From positions 12,338,001 through 12,402,000 of the forward strand of contig CM102290.1 in NCBI GenBank assembly GCA_046563655.1: a DNA stretch of 64,000 nucleotides. The letters are read 5' to 3'. Below are positions 12,101 to 23,368 of the stretch, piece by piece (position 1 is the first letter of the stretch; every line of letters begins with the position of its first letter). Origin of the DNA: Yuukianura sp. NJ FZ-2021. Lineage: Eukaryota. The position numbers and the translations under genes were made by a program. The notes beneath the pieces were generated by a model. It was not told where the DNA came from, ran no database searches, and worked only from the letters and a program-made list of their open reading frames with translations.

Positions 12101-14087
12101 GTAAAAACAGGAACAAAGTTAATTAAACGTTCAGTTTAGTTAACTTTTTGTAGACGTAGTGAAGCAAAACCCTCCTTCACTAAGTGCCAGACTAGAGTCA
12201 CACAGTGAGAGGCTACTTCATCACTCCTCGTCGCCGATTGACAGAGTGACAGTCCGCAATTTTGGACTCAATTGGCTCGATTCAGCCTAACTGAAGTGGC
12301 CTTAGGATTTATCAAAAACAGAAGGACATAACTATACTTAAATTCATCCGCCCAAGATCTTGACCATTGATCATCGTTCATTCAAAGTTACTAATTAATC
12401 AAAAACTAATTAATTAGTATTCGGTTCGATTAAAGCACAGAAATTCATCTTCAACGGTCTTGGTCAATGATAATCAGCTTAGAAATTTCGGAGTCACGTA
12501 AACACCTCTATCTGGCTAAAAATCGCGATTAGCGTCACTAAATTATACGTGACAAGCAGTATCCCTCACTTCCCCCTCAGCAGTATTTAACAACAAGCAG
12601 TATTCATACTTCCAGCACCTGTTCCCATGGGTTAATTGATGTACTGATATGATTAGTGTCCACTGGACACTGTCCAGGATTCTATGACAATGGAATGTAT
12701 GTGTAAAATCCCCTTAACTACAGATTTAGTTTTTGACCAAAGGGAAATTCCCAAAAACCACTTGTAAAATGAGTAATCATTTAGCATTACGTTGGTTGGT
12801 GGCATCGGTCAGTGCTAAATTAACGAAATAATTAGTTAATCGCTATGATTAGCATCAATGCTTATCAATGAAACAACCTGCCCTAAGTTTTCCAATTTGA
12901 AATGCAATAATAACGTAATGGTTCTCATACAAGGCGACTCAAATGTAAGATGGGGTGTAACATAAAAGGATGCTGTTACATTCAGAGACTCATGACAGAC
13001 GAACTTTGACCCTGATGTTGATTATAATGTGAACAAAAACAAGCTAAATTGAAATAAAATTGATTGTAATTGCACTTCGCAGACGGAAGATGGAGGCGGA
13101 ACGGATATTGGCTATTTGCTGATGAACTTGACAGTTGTCCAGGACAACTTATGTCCTGAAAGCAAACCCAATCAGATACTAATGGTGACACAACGAAGGT
13201 TGTGCTGACCTTGTACTGGAACTAGAACTGACCTGGTTAGGTTGGGGACGTTATCTGCTGAAGGACATTGCAAAACGGAAAGTGGTTCCGGTACTAGTAC
13301 TTGAATTGAATCAATGACACCCAATTACATTACAGAAAAACACACCTCGTCTCCTTGTCCTTCCTCGGTCAATTGATGATGACCGGTCACGTGGTTGTTA
13401 GTAGCTAACACACCAATAAATTGCGCGGTCAAAATGTCGCCTATGTTGTTCACCGCTAGTGTCCTGCTGTCACTGCCTCCTCTAACAGCTTTGACCGTCA
13501 TTCATATCGTGTCCAGTGACTCTTCCAGGTCCAAACAGCAACAAAACTTAGCTTATCATTAATCACCTTACGTCAGCTGATCTCCTGGAACCTATCATCA
13601 CCCCTCACACTCTGTCCAGTGTCCACACTCCGTTTTTAACTAAATAACTCCCAATACCACTAAATATTTTGAATTACATGTAGAAAAAACATAAAGATTG
13701 TTACCTGTTACAGAGCAATTAGCAATTGCCTTCTGAACTTTGACCCTTAGTGAACGTCATCTGGAAAGTGAATTAGAAATTGGCTTCAGTCCATGAATGA
13801 TAATGACAGTGATTGATTGCATGGAATTCCAGTGCTTTGTCGTTAATATGAAGTACGACCACGACGATCAGTTGATTGGAATGGACAATTAATTTGTTGT
13901 TTTCCTTGTAGTCTCTTGATTAATCCGTTTCCGTCGAGTTGTTTCCTGGATTGAGCATGAGTTCCAGTAGGAGTACCTCGGTTTACTACGCATTTGTTCC
14001 TGGACATCCACTTGACTTGGGCATCCTTCAGCTATTGGCATTGGCATGGTTGACAACATTATTATTGTTGCTGTGCTGACTGATTAT

Positions 14088-14776
14088 CAGAGGCGCAAAA
14101 CATATGTTGTTAAACCGGTGAAATATGTATGTAAATATGTAGTAAAAATCAGTGAAATATTTACTACAATATTTTTTATTGTGCGATATATTTGGCAATA
14201 TGTTAAAAATTACTACACAACATTAGTTTGTATTGGGTATTACAGAACACCTATTCCGGAAAAAAATTGTGACTATGTTATGAGACTATGTTGTGACTAT
14301 GTTGTGGCTATGTTGTGGCTATGTTGTGGCTATGTTGTCGGTATGTTGTCGGTATGTTGTGGGTATGTTGTCGGTATGTTGTCGGTATGTTGTCGGTATG
14401 TTGTGGCTATGTTGTGGCTATGTTGTGGCTATGTTGTGACTATGTTGTAGCTATGTTGTGGCTATGTTGTGACTATGTTGTGGCTACGTTGTGCCTATAT
14501 TGTGCCTATGTTGTGGCTATATTGGGGCTATGTTGTGACTATGTTGTGGCTATGTTGTGACTATTTCTGAAAATTATATAAAAAAAAAATTATCCCAACA
14601 CTACGCGGACCCTTGATAAACGATTTGTGCATGACACATAGTATCAAATTTGCAAAAATGCCACTTTTTTTTTGGCAAAATCTTAAAATGTTTTGCTAAA
14701 TATTTTTTATATTTTTTTTTCAAGAAATATTTTTTAAAAATATGTAATATGTAAGAAAATATGTTTTGCGCTTCTG
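14088..14776. mobile_element. Non-autonomous hAT-like DNA element (689 bp) carrying an internal minisatellite
   Basis: 18-bp TIRs CAGAGGCGCAAAACATAT and ATATGTTTTGCGCTTCTG (1 mismatch). Perfect 8-bp TSD CTGATTAT at 14080-14087 and 14777-14784. Confidence 0.88.
14268..14565. repeat. 11-bp minisatellite, consensus CTATGTTGTGG, about 27 copies
   Basis: Directly visible tandem units CTATGTTGTGG, CTATGTTGTGA and GTATGTTGTCG inside the hAT-like element. Confidence 0.95.
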
Positions 14777-16189
14777 CTGATTATGGTCACGTCACGTCGA
14801 AATTAATTTCGTGTTATTTTTTATATTATAATTCGTATTTCGTATAGAAGGAGTTTCGGAATTCGCGTCAGCTTCACAATAATTTTCACACTATAAGATG
14901 ATGATGATGTTTTAGCCAAAAAAAATTTTTTTTTTGAAATTTTCAAAGTGGTCCCAAATTTTTTCGGATCCAGAAAAAAACTTCTTTTTTTTTGGACAAC
15001 TTTTTCGAAATTTTTTTCCCCCCGCATTTCACTTTTTTCGACGTTTTAAGGCATTTCCAATCGTTTTCTGCAAAACCCTTGTATTTGACCCTTGAAACCA
15101 TTGACGACACAGTCTAGCAACTTGAACTTCTGGTGAAAGCGTTCCGTAAAAACCGAAAAATCGGAAAGGAAAGCAGAAAGAAGAACGGCATGGGAATGTG
15201 TAAATTCGGCGTAATTTACCATACTTCTGTAAATACAATTCAATAAACATAATTTCATAATAATTTAACGCAAATGTTTCCGTGGTATTGATAGATTAGA
15301 ATTAAGTCTACCCGTGTGGTATTAAATATTTTATAGTTTAGGTTAACAAATGCTAAACTTGAGTAGATTATAAAACAAACAAACGAATAAGGACAATTCT
15401 AAACTTTTAATCGCACAACTACTTGACATGAATTTCTGTTTCCCCGGTGGTATAGTCATGTAAAATTAAATCAAAGTTAAGATTAACTAACTCATTCGTA
15501 CTATGAGTAACCTAATATGAACTGCCTAGCAGTAACACAAGCCTTAATGCCTAACCTAACTTTTAAGCTAAATTAAACTTTATTCAACGTGCAATTTCAA
15601 ATCCATTTTCAAAAATTCGGCACTGGTATAAAACAATAATCAATGGATTAAAATTTTAACCCAATTTAAAGAAAACAAAACACACAATTTGTTTGTAAAA
15701 CTTATTCTTTTCGATTTTTGAATTCATTTTTCGCCAAGAGTTAGACGTTGAAAATTCGAAATTTAAAATTAAACTCCAACTCTATAAATTCAATATTCGA
15801 GTTTAAGATAAGAATTAGGGTTTCAAAATTTTAGTATTCGAACTCCTATTTAGTACTAACTGTAGCTAAACATAGCATTCCTAATTGTAACGAAACAATC
15901 AGTATAAAATATTGTTTTGCAAAAATAAATGCCAATTTTGATATTTAAGTTGACTCTTCATGGTTTCAGATAAAGTGGAATCCGTTTAGATAAACTGCAA
16001 ATCCATTGCAAACTCTTCAACAAGTTGGCATCAAAATTTTCAGTTCATGCAGCTACTGTTCATTTCTTCGCACTGACTCTGTCGTCATTCTTTTTCAAAA
16101 TTGTAGCCCCATTTGTAGCATAAAAGTTTTTCAATTTTGGCAATAAAATTGCCATATTTTCCACTGCATTTGTTTAACATACGTCCATC

Positions 16190-17353
16190 ATGGATGGATT
16201 CGTGAAGCAGATCCAGGGTTTAGCTGCTAGTGTCTACCAAGGCAATGTCCAAGCCGCCGCTGTCATCGTCCTTCCGGCTTTCCGTCTTCACCATCCATTG
16301 ACCGTGGGAATTCTGTGCGTTTTGACGCTACTTGCGACGATGCAACTCGCTGGTAAGGCCATTCAGTGTACTGTTGACCCCGCCATTCCAGAACCTGTCA
16401 TGAACACATACTGCTGGATCCACTCCACCTACACACTTCCAGACCTCCGTGATGGAAAAGTTGGTCTGACTGTGGTCAGTCCTGGAGTAGGGAGCATGCG
16501 CACTGAAAATGAGCCCATTGTGTACCACAAGTACTACCAATGGGTCGTGTTCTTCATGCTGTTCCTAGCCATTCTGTCGTACTTGCCATACTACATCTGG
16601 ACTGTCCTTGAAAATGGACGAATCAAAATGCTGCTCATTGCCGGTGAAAAGACAAAGAAGGAAGACCTTGACCTCAAGGCAGTCATTGCCTTTTTGTCCA
16701 AAAACTTCGCCAACCACAACAACTACTACAGAGTCTACATTGCATGTGAAGTCCTCAACCTCATTGTAGTTCTATTTGAAATGTACTTGATCAATGTCTT
16801 CCTTGGATATGAGTTTACGACATACGGATTCGAAGTGCTCCAGTTCATTGACCAAGACTCGAACAGATCGGATCCAATGGACGCCATTTTCCCGAAAGTG
16901 ACGAAATGCACGTTCAGAAAATTCGGACCGTCCGGAAACATCATCCCCTTTGATGGCCTCTGTGTCCTGTCTATGAACATTTTTCATGAGAAAACGTTCA
17001 TTTTCCTCTGGTTCTGGCTCTGGATTGTCCTAATTCTAACTGCGATTGGAATCATTTGGAACATTGTTTGCCTCTGTTCACACAGTTACAGATCGTATCT
17101 TCTGCGCAAGAAAGTACTCAACTTCGGGCGTCATCCAGACCAACGGAATGACCCGAGATTTGACCCGATCATTCGTCTTCCAACGCCAGGCAACCCCAAG
17201 TTTGAAGCGATTGAAACGATTATGAACAGACTTGATCCGGGAGACTGGTTCGTTTTGTACCAACTGAGCAGAAATATGTGGCCACATCATTTTGCACAAC
17301 TCATCCGAGAGTTGGCACTTGAATTCAAATGGAAAGAACCGAAAAGTGAATGA
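16190..17353 (+). CDS. Innexin (inx2-like gap-junction protein), single-exon CDS, 387 aa
   Basis: MNTYCWIHSTY, the KYYQWV signature, DPMDAIFPKVTKCTFRKFGPSG, DGLCVLSMNIFHEKTFIFLWFW and GDWFVLYQL. Four hydrophobic segments. Confidence 0.96.
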   Translation: MDGFVKQIQGLAASVYQGNVQAAAVIVLPAFRLHHPLTVGILCVLTLLATMQLAGKAIQCTVDPAIPEPVMNTYCWIHSTYTLPDLRDGKVGLTVVSPGVGSMRTENEPIVYHKYYQWVVFFMLFLAILSYLPYYIWTVLENGRIKMLLIAGEKTKKEDLDLKAVIAFLSKNFANHNNYYRVYIACEVLNLIVVLFEMYLINVFLGYEFTTYGFEVLQFIDQDSNRSDPMDAIFPKVTKCTFRKFGPSGNIIPFDGLCVLSMNIFHEKTFIFLWFWLWIVLILTAIGIIWNIVCLCSHSYRSYLLRKKVLNFGRHPDQRNDPRFDPIIRLPTPGNPKFEAIETIMNRLDPGDWFVLYQLSRNMWPHHFAQLIRELALEFKWKEPKSE

Positions 17354-18405
17354 AAAGCTAAAAAAAATACATATGTGTCTAATGATAAATGATTAAAACC
17401 AAACTGTAGGTACTAGAAGTATTAAAGGCCACAACGATTCGGATTTCCAGTTTTTTTTAACCAAAACGACAGCCCCACTTTACAGCTTCTTGATGAGAAA
17501 TAAACTTGGTAGTCAAAATTGTTATATTATTGATCACCGGAAGCTCCTTTATGCATTCCATTTGTCTGTCTGTCTGGCCGGCCGTCAACGGCAATTATCT
17601 TATAAACGGCTCAACATTTCCGGAATCTGTTGTACCATTGCCAGTGTCGCATGATATTCACTTTTTCTGCATTTCGTCAACGGTTGGATATCCAGTGGAA
17701 GAAATGGACGAAATGGATGAATCCAAAGGGGAGGAGCATTGCCCGCGGGGTTTGAATTAATTAAATAGGAAAAGCTTAAACAATTCAAAATGCCGTACTA
17801 AATGAAAGGAATACGTAATTTTAAATTTGATTTTTTTTTTTAGTTTTGCGCTGAATTTTTTGTTTTTTCCATCCACTCAAAGTTGCCATCTTTCGCTACT
17901 TTCGTACACCGCATTACAACCCGATTTAATATTTTCTGAACTTTTAAACAAAAAATGCTTTTTGTTCTTTTCAGGCAAAGTTAGTAATTAGGCTGAAATA
18001 AGCTGAAATAGGAACAAATTAGTTAATCGATTTGTTTGCAACCGTCATATTTCTTAGAATTATGAAAAACGGGAGAAGCTTACTGAATAATTTAAACAGC
18101 GAGGCTCACTTTTTTTAAAGTTCACTTTAACCTTATTTTTTTAATATTCTCCCCTTCCTTCTTAAACTTGCAATTTTTCGAGTTTCATCAAATTTTGCAA
18201 GGAATCCGCCCACCCGCTTCTATTCAATAACCAATCAACTAATAGTATTCAAATGCCAATATTAGTTGAATATCCGTAGTTGAGTTTCCAATGTTGTTCT
18301 TTAACTTATAAAAAAAAATAACAAATTTTTAGACACACTTTTTAGAATTACAATTTCACCCTAACACCTTGCCACATTAGCTGACATTGCTCCTGGCGTG
18401 CAAAA

Positions 18406-19805
18406 ATGTTGTCAGTGGAGTGTCTTAAACCATTCCACAGATTCATTCATTTTGGAAATTTAATTCACATTTTGCCAATTAATTACAACGAGGCAACAGG
18501 AGAAATTTACGTCTGCTCGAATGGACCGAAGTACGTCCGTATTGTCCCATTTTGCTTCATGTTGTTGTCAATTGTAGTACAAACGTGTCTCGTAACTCTG
18601 TTTGCGTGGTGTCTTTGTCGCGATCGACATTCAACGCCTACAGACGTCATAGTAGGATGCAACATTATCATAGCCATAGTTGCAACTTTTCCGACGTATT
18701 ACACTTTTGGAGTAACCTATGACCTGATCCCCGTACATTTTCATGGACTGCTGTTCTTTGACAAACTTGAAAGTAAGTTTCATGTTAAACAAAAAAAAAA
18801 TTTGTTTAATTTTGTCGATTTTTTTTTTCAGGAAGAATATGTGGCAAGCAGTATGAGGAGTCGCCTGATAGGAAATATGAAATTTTCTCCAACATCATCT
18901 TTGGAATTGCGTCTATATTTGTAGTACTTGGATATCCGGCATGGATTGTTGCAATTCACTACAATTTTCCAGGATTCAGATACTTCAATACTGGAAACCT
19001 TTTGGTGACAACTCTCAATTGTACTTGGTTCTTGCCACTGTACACAATGAATGTCGCCTTAGGCTGTATGTTCGCCTACATTGCAATTTTCCATGTACTT
19101 GTCACCATAACATTCCAGAAGACCTGTGCAAATAAGCGGTAATTCGCCCTATGCTGCCAAAATCCCAAATTACACGTGTAATTATTCCTTTACAAAAAAA
19201 TGCCCAAAAGATTTCTACTTTTTTTGAAAAGAAGGAACATATATTGTACAATGTATTTAGTATATAAAAACGAGGAGTGACATTTTTTTTTGTGTTGTAG
19301 TAAACAATTGGATGGCCATGGAGGACAGTACATTGAAGACGGCATGAGTTGGGACCAGTTGAATCAAAAGTGGTATCGTATCATGCAAGTTCACCATACC
19401 ATGTTCATGGACTTCGCAGGGTCCCTGTTACCATGGTATTTGCCAATATGCAGTCTCATTATGATCCTCGCCCTCTTCGCCTTGATTCGCCTAATGCGAT
19501 TCCTAGTGCCCTTGGTCACAATCACTCTCATTGCATCTTTTGTTTTAGCTTTTGGAGTAATTAACATATGTGTCGAAGGTTTTGCAATTGTTAGGAAACT
19601 ATCCAAGACATCAGGCGCTAAGACAGGGCGAACAATTCCAAAGAAATTGCGACTTGCACTGCAACGGTCAAACCGGCCCCTCAAGTTCGCAGTGGGGAAC
19701 TTCTTTTACATCTCCGACGACACGTTCATTGTTCTTGTGAACTCAATTGTAGCCGTTGTTGTGCAGTTACTTGTTGGTATTCCAGCGCCACAACATATGA
19801 AATAA
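18406..19805 (+). CDS. Gustatory-receptor-like multi-pass membrane chemoreceptor, 3 exons, about 390 aa
   Basis: Exons at about 18406-18772, 18832-19138 and 19301-19805 splice GT-AG in frame. Many TM helices. The C-terminus RPLKFAVGNFFYISDDTFIVLVNSIVAVVVQLL resembles the TM7 region of the insect chemoreceptor superfamily. Confidence 0.6.
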
Positions 19806-20367
19806 ACACAATGTAAAGTAGCAAAAGCTACTTCATAATATTATCAGTAATGTCTGTCTGTCTGCCTGTCTGTTTGACTGAAATGGGGCTAGTATTGGGG
19901 GGGGGATTGTAAATCGTCTTTATTTGAGTAAAACTGGCATTAAAAACGTTCGGCGTTGAGTTTGTTTGGAATTCAGTGAATTCGCATAAGTTTAAACAAT
20001 GTTGGCGCGTGCAAATTCTTTGCCTACATTGTTTGCTTTATAGAAAGTTTCAATTACATGTGTATCCTAGAATTGTTCATACCGTTGATGTCAGCAAAAA
20101 ATTCAATTTCTATAGAGATTCGCAACTTTTATTGAAAGAAGAACTGGAGACAAAAATTTTTTGTCTTATATCATCGTAAGCTCAATTAAAAAAATGGCAA
20201 CAATAAGCAGTTTAGTTAAATGCTTCGGCCCAAATCATAAGTAAATAAGTCCGATGTAATAGCAACCTCATTTGGAAAGTAGCGGTGAATACGCGAGCTG
20301 AAATTTTGTTTTTTCGATTGCTGAAATTTTGAAAACAATTTAAAATTATCCGACATACAAGGCCAAC

Positions 20368-21227
20368 ATGAATACATTCAGGAACGGATTCTGTTTGTTA
20401 CTGTCATTGTGTGGCAAGTCAAAAAACTTAATCTTTTCCACTCACTTTGCAAATATACTTGAAAATTTGGGAACTAAAATTTCAAATTAAATGAAGATGT
20501 TTTATATTCCAGCGCTGTTGTCAGCAGCATATGGTGATCGCTGTGACCATCTCTTCCGAAGTGCTGCGGACAAGAAAGCCTACAACAAGCGCGTTGTTCT
20601 TCAGTATTACAAAGAGGCATTCACTAATCCTCAGAACGCTAACGCTGCCGTTGAGAAGTTCGTTGTAGCCGGTTACATTCAGCATGACCCAGACGTGGCC
20701 GATGGAAGAGAGGCAACATATAAAACTATCGGCAATTAACTTTATTTTTCCAAGATTTCAAATTCTAGTTTTTCAAAAATTGTTCAAATATTATTTTAAG
20801 GCTTTGCTGGAGTTTCAAACTGCTCTATTTGGAAATTCCACAACGGATCCGGTTCAGTTCATCGCCCATATCGCTGCTGATGGAGACTTGGTCTGGGTTC
20901 ACGAACTGGACAGTGAGTCATTATCTACAAAATTTCATTTTTTTAACTTTGTAGTTTTACTTGTCGAGGTTTTTATTTTTGAAGGTATTGGTCCAAGCGC
21001 CATGAGCGTACAAGTAAACATATGGAGGTATTACATTATTACATTTATAACACCAACACATTTCCCATAGTGTGAATCTATATTTTTTCCCGCGTTTATT
21101 TAAATTCTCTCCATCTGCGTTTTCGTTTTTTGATAGACTGGATTGCGGTCTCCTCGTGGAACACTGGGATGTCGTACAAGCTGTCGACCCTAACGCCACC
21201 TACGCCAACGATCATCCGTTCTTCTAA
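20368..21227 (+). CDS. Secreted SnoaL-like/NTF2-fold protein, paralog A (5 exons)
   Basis: Signal-peptide-like MNTFRNGFCLLLSLCALLSAAYG is followed by NKRVVLQYYKEAF...YIQHDPDVADGREALLEF...HIAADGDLVWVH...VNIWRLDCGLLVEHWDVVQ...HPFF*. YIQHxP, GDLV and VEHWDV are motifs of microbial SnoaL-like proteins. Exons at about 20368-20413, 20513-20712, 20801-20912, 20985-21027 and 21137-21227. Confidence 0.85.
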
Positions 21228-21730
21228 CATGCGCAATCTGCCATGGACGTTTGCGTTCTTATGATTTTATAAAACGTTTAATTTTTTCAAGAGTTTCAAA
21301 ATGTTGCGCCAAATAAAAAATTTTTATTTCAAAGATACGAATTGAACATAACCTTTGGACGACTAAATCTGATAAGCCACTGGACAACTGGTACTGCTAA
21401 AAATACTACCAGAAGAAGGCGTTAGGTTAAGTTAGTTTCAAAATTTAAAAAAAAATGAGAAAAGTATTATAGAAGAATTGAAAACCAGCGTTCAGAATTA
21501 GATTTTGAGAATTCTCTAGTTTTTGAACTCAGAAAATAGTGAAATTCAAAAAAATAATAATAATAACTTTGTGTCTTTACAAAAATAGATTCAAATTTTA
21601 GGAAATTTCCTTATTTCATACGACAATCCATTCCGTGTACTCCAATTGGCAAAATGCAAAATCCAAGCAAATTTCTTTTCATGGTAATGACAGTGTCATC
21701 CTCCTTTCATCTGTAGCATGTCATTAGCGC

Positions 21731-21855
21731 GAAAACAATAAGCGCGAATTCCACAAGTTGGCAACAGTGAAATTGAACCTTAAGGTGGGTTAGGCTTCAT
21801 TGGTAATGTAAGTTCAGTGTTGCCAACTTGTGGAAAATTCGCGCTTATTGTTTTC
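21731..21855. repeat. Inverted repeat with ~38-bp arms between the two SnoaL-like paralogs
   Basis: GAAAACAATAAGCGCGAATT-CCACAAGTTGGCAACA pairs with TGTTGCCAACTTGTGG-AA-AATTCGCGCTTATTGTTTTC across a ~50-bp spacer. Confidence 0.85.
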
Positions 21856-22145
21856 ACTCTATTCACCAGAAACAGTTTCATCGCAGTTTCTGTTGATTTC
21901 ATTGAAACAAAGCAATTCTTTTAAAATGGTGTCAATGGAAACGTTCAAACAATTTCAAAAATTGCTTCGGTAAGCAGTGCAGTCTTGTCGAATTCCTAAA
22001 ACTAAGTGAGCTTTAAAAACTTGAAGCCCTCTGTCACGTCAATCTCATTTAAGAACTAGTCGTGAAAGTATCTCGCAAAAATTTTCAACTGCTTTTATTC
22101 AATTTTCAAAATTTTGAATCAAAATTTGGTAATTTGTTGATCAAC

Positions 22146-23066
22146 ATGGAATCATCCAGGAAAAGATTCTTTCTGGTCTTGGCCTTGTTCGGTAAACTAA
22201 AAACTCTACTAAAATTGCTACTTTAAAATTCAATTTACTGACTTTAACTGTCTTAATTGGCATCGCAAAAATCAAAATTTTGAAATTATTTTTTCAACAA
22301 GTCAATTTTCAATATTAATTAAGATGTTTGTTTCCGATTCTAGTGCTGTTTTCTGCAGTAGTTGCAGATCGTTGTGACCATCTCTTCCGAAGTACTGAAG
22401 CCAAAGAAGCTTACAACAAGCGAGTTGTTCTTCAGTATTACAAAGAGGCATTCACTAATCCTCAGAATGTTGCAACTGCAGATGAGAAATTTGTCACCCC
22501 CGACGGTTTCATTCAGCATGCTCCAAATGTCGCTGATGGAAGAGAGGCAAAACATGAAGCATTTACTAATCCGCTTGTTCTTGAATTTACTTTCGAAACT
22601 CAAAAGTTGGAAGTGTTTTTTTTTTTGTTTGAAAAATTTTGGACTGTTAATTGCAGGCTCTCATTGCGTTTCAACAGTCCATAACCGGCACCGCCACTAG
22701 AAGTCCGATTGATTTTATTGCTAAAATTGCCGCTGATGGAGACTTGGTCTGGGTTCACGAACTGGACAGTGAGTTTTCAAAAAATAAAAAATTTAGCCCA
22801 AAGTTTAACACGATTTTGCAACTTAACAATGAAGCAAAAATTTTACTGTTCTAGGTAACCCTCTTGACCCAACCCAAAAGACTGTGATCGTTCACATCTA
22901 TAGGTGAGGTCAATCAGCCCGCCTGTTTTTTTTTTTTCAAAATTTCCCTCGATTAAAGTTTTGGAATTTGAATAGACTCGATTGCGGTATATTTGTGGAG
23001 CATTGGGATGTCGTACAACCCGTTGACCCCAACGCTACATACGCCAACGCTCATCCGTTCTTTTAA
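22146..23066 (+). CDS. Secreted SnoaL-like/NTF2-fold protein, paralog B (5 exons)
   Basis: MESSRKRFFLVLALFVLFSAVVADRCDHLFRS...NKRVVLQYYKEAF...FIQHAPNVADGREALIAF...KIAADGDLVWVH...VHIYRLDCGIFVEHWDVVQ...HPFF*. Same four intron positions as paralog A. Confidence 0.85.
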
Positions 23067-23368
23067 CATTCACGGTCTGTCCGAAAATCTCTCTGGTTTG
23101 AAATTTTGAAAATTCTAATAGTTTCCGTTTTGTGACAAATAAATAACACATCTCTAAAGTTGAAGAAATGTTAAGAATTTTATTTTCTTCAAGCATTTGG
23201 AAGGATTTCAGGAGAAGAGTTTCACAGAATTTAGAACAACTTGAAATTTTTTAGAATAGAGTAATTGAAATAAAACTGAAACGAATACTGTACTTTCAGT
23301 TTTTCATTTTAAAGTTGAATTCAGAAATTTCTCGTTTTTCATTTTGAACTTGTAATCAAAAATTTCTT

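Noticed and set aside
14046..14560. Cys-rich ORFs (LCCGYVVAML repeats) as metallothionein- or keratin-like proteins
   Set aside because: They are translations of the 11-bp minisatellite inside a TIR/TSD-bounded element.
16328..17299. Antisense ORFs over the innexin (and similar ones over TAO, SH2B and ANKRD13)
   Set aside because: They are short shadow ORFs opposite real coding exons, with no independent support.
20368..23066. Bacterial contamination explaining the SnoaL-like genes
   Set aside because: Both copies have spliceosomal introns like those of neighbouring genes and are contiguous with arthropod genes.
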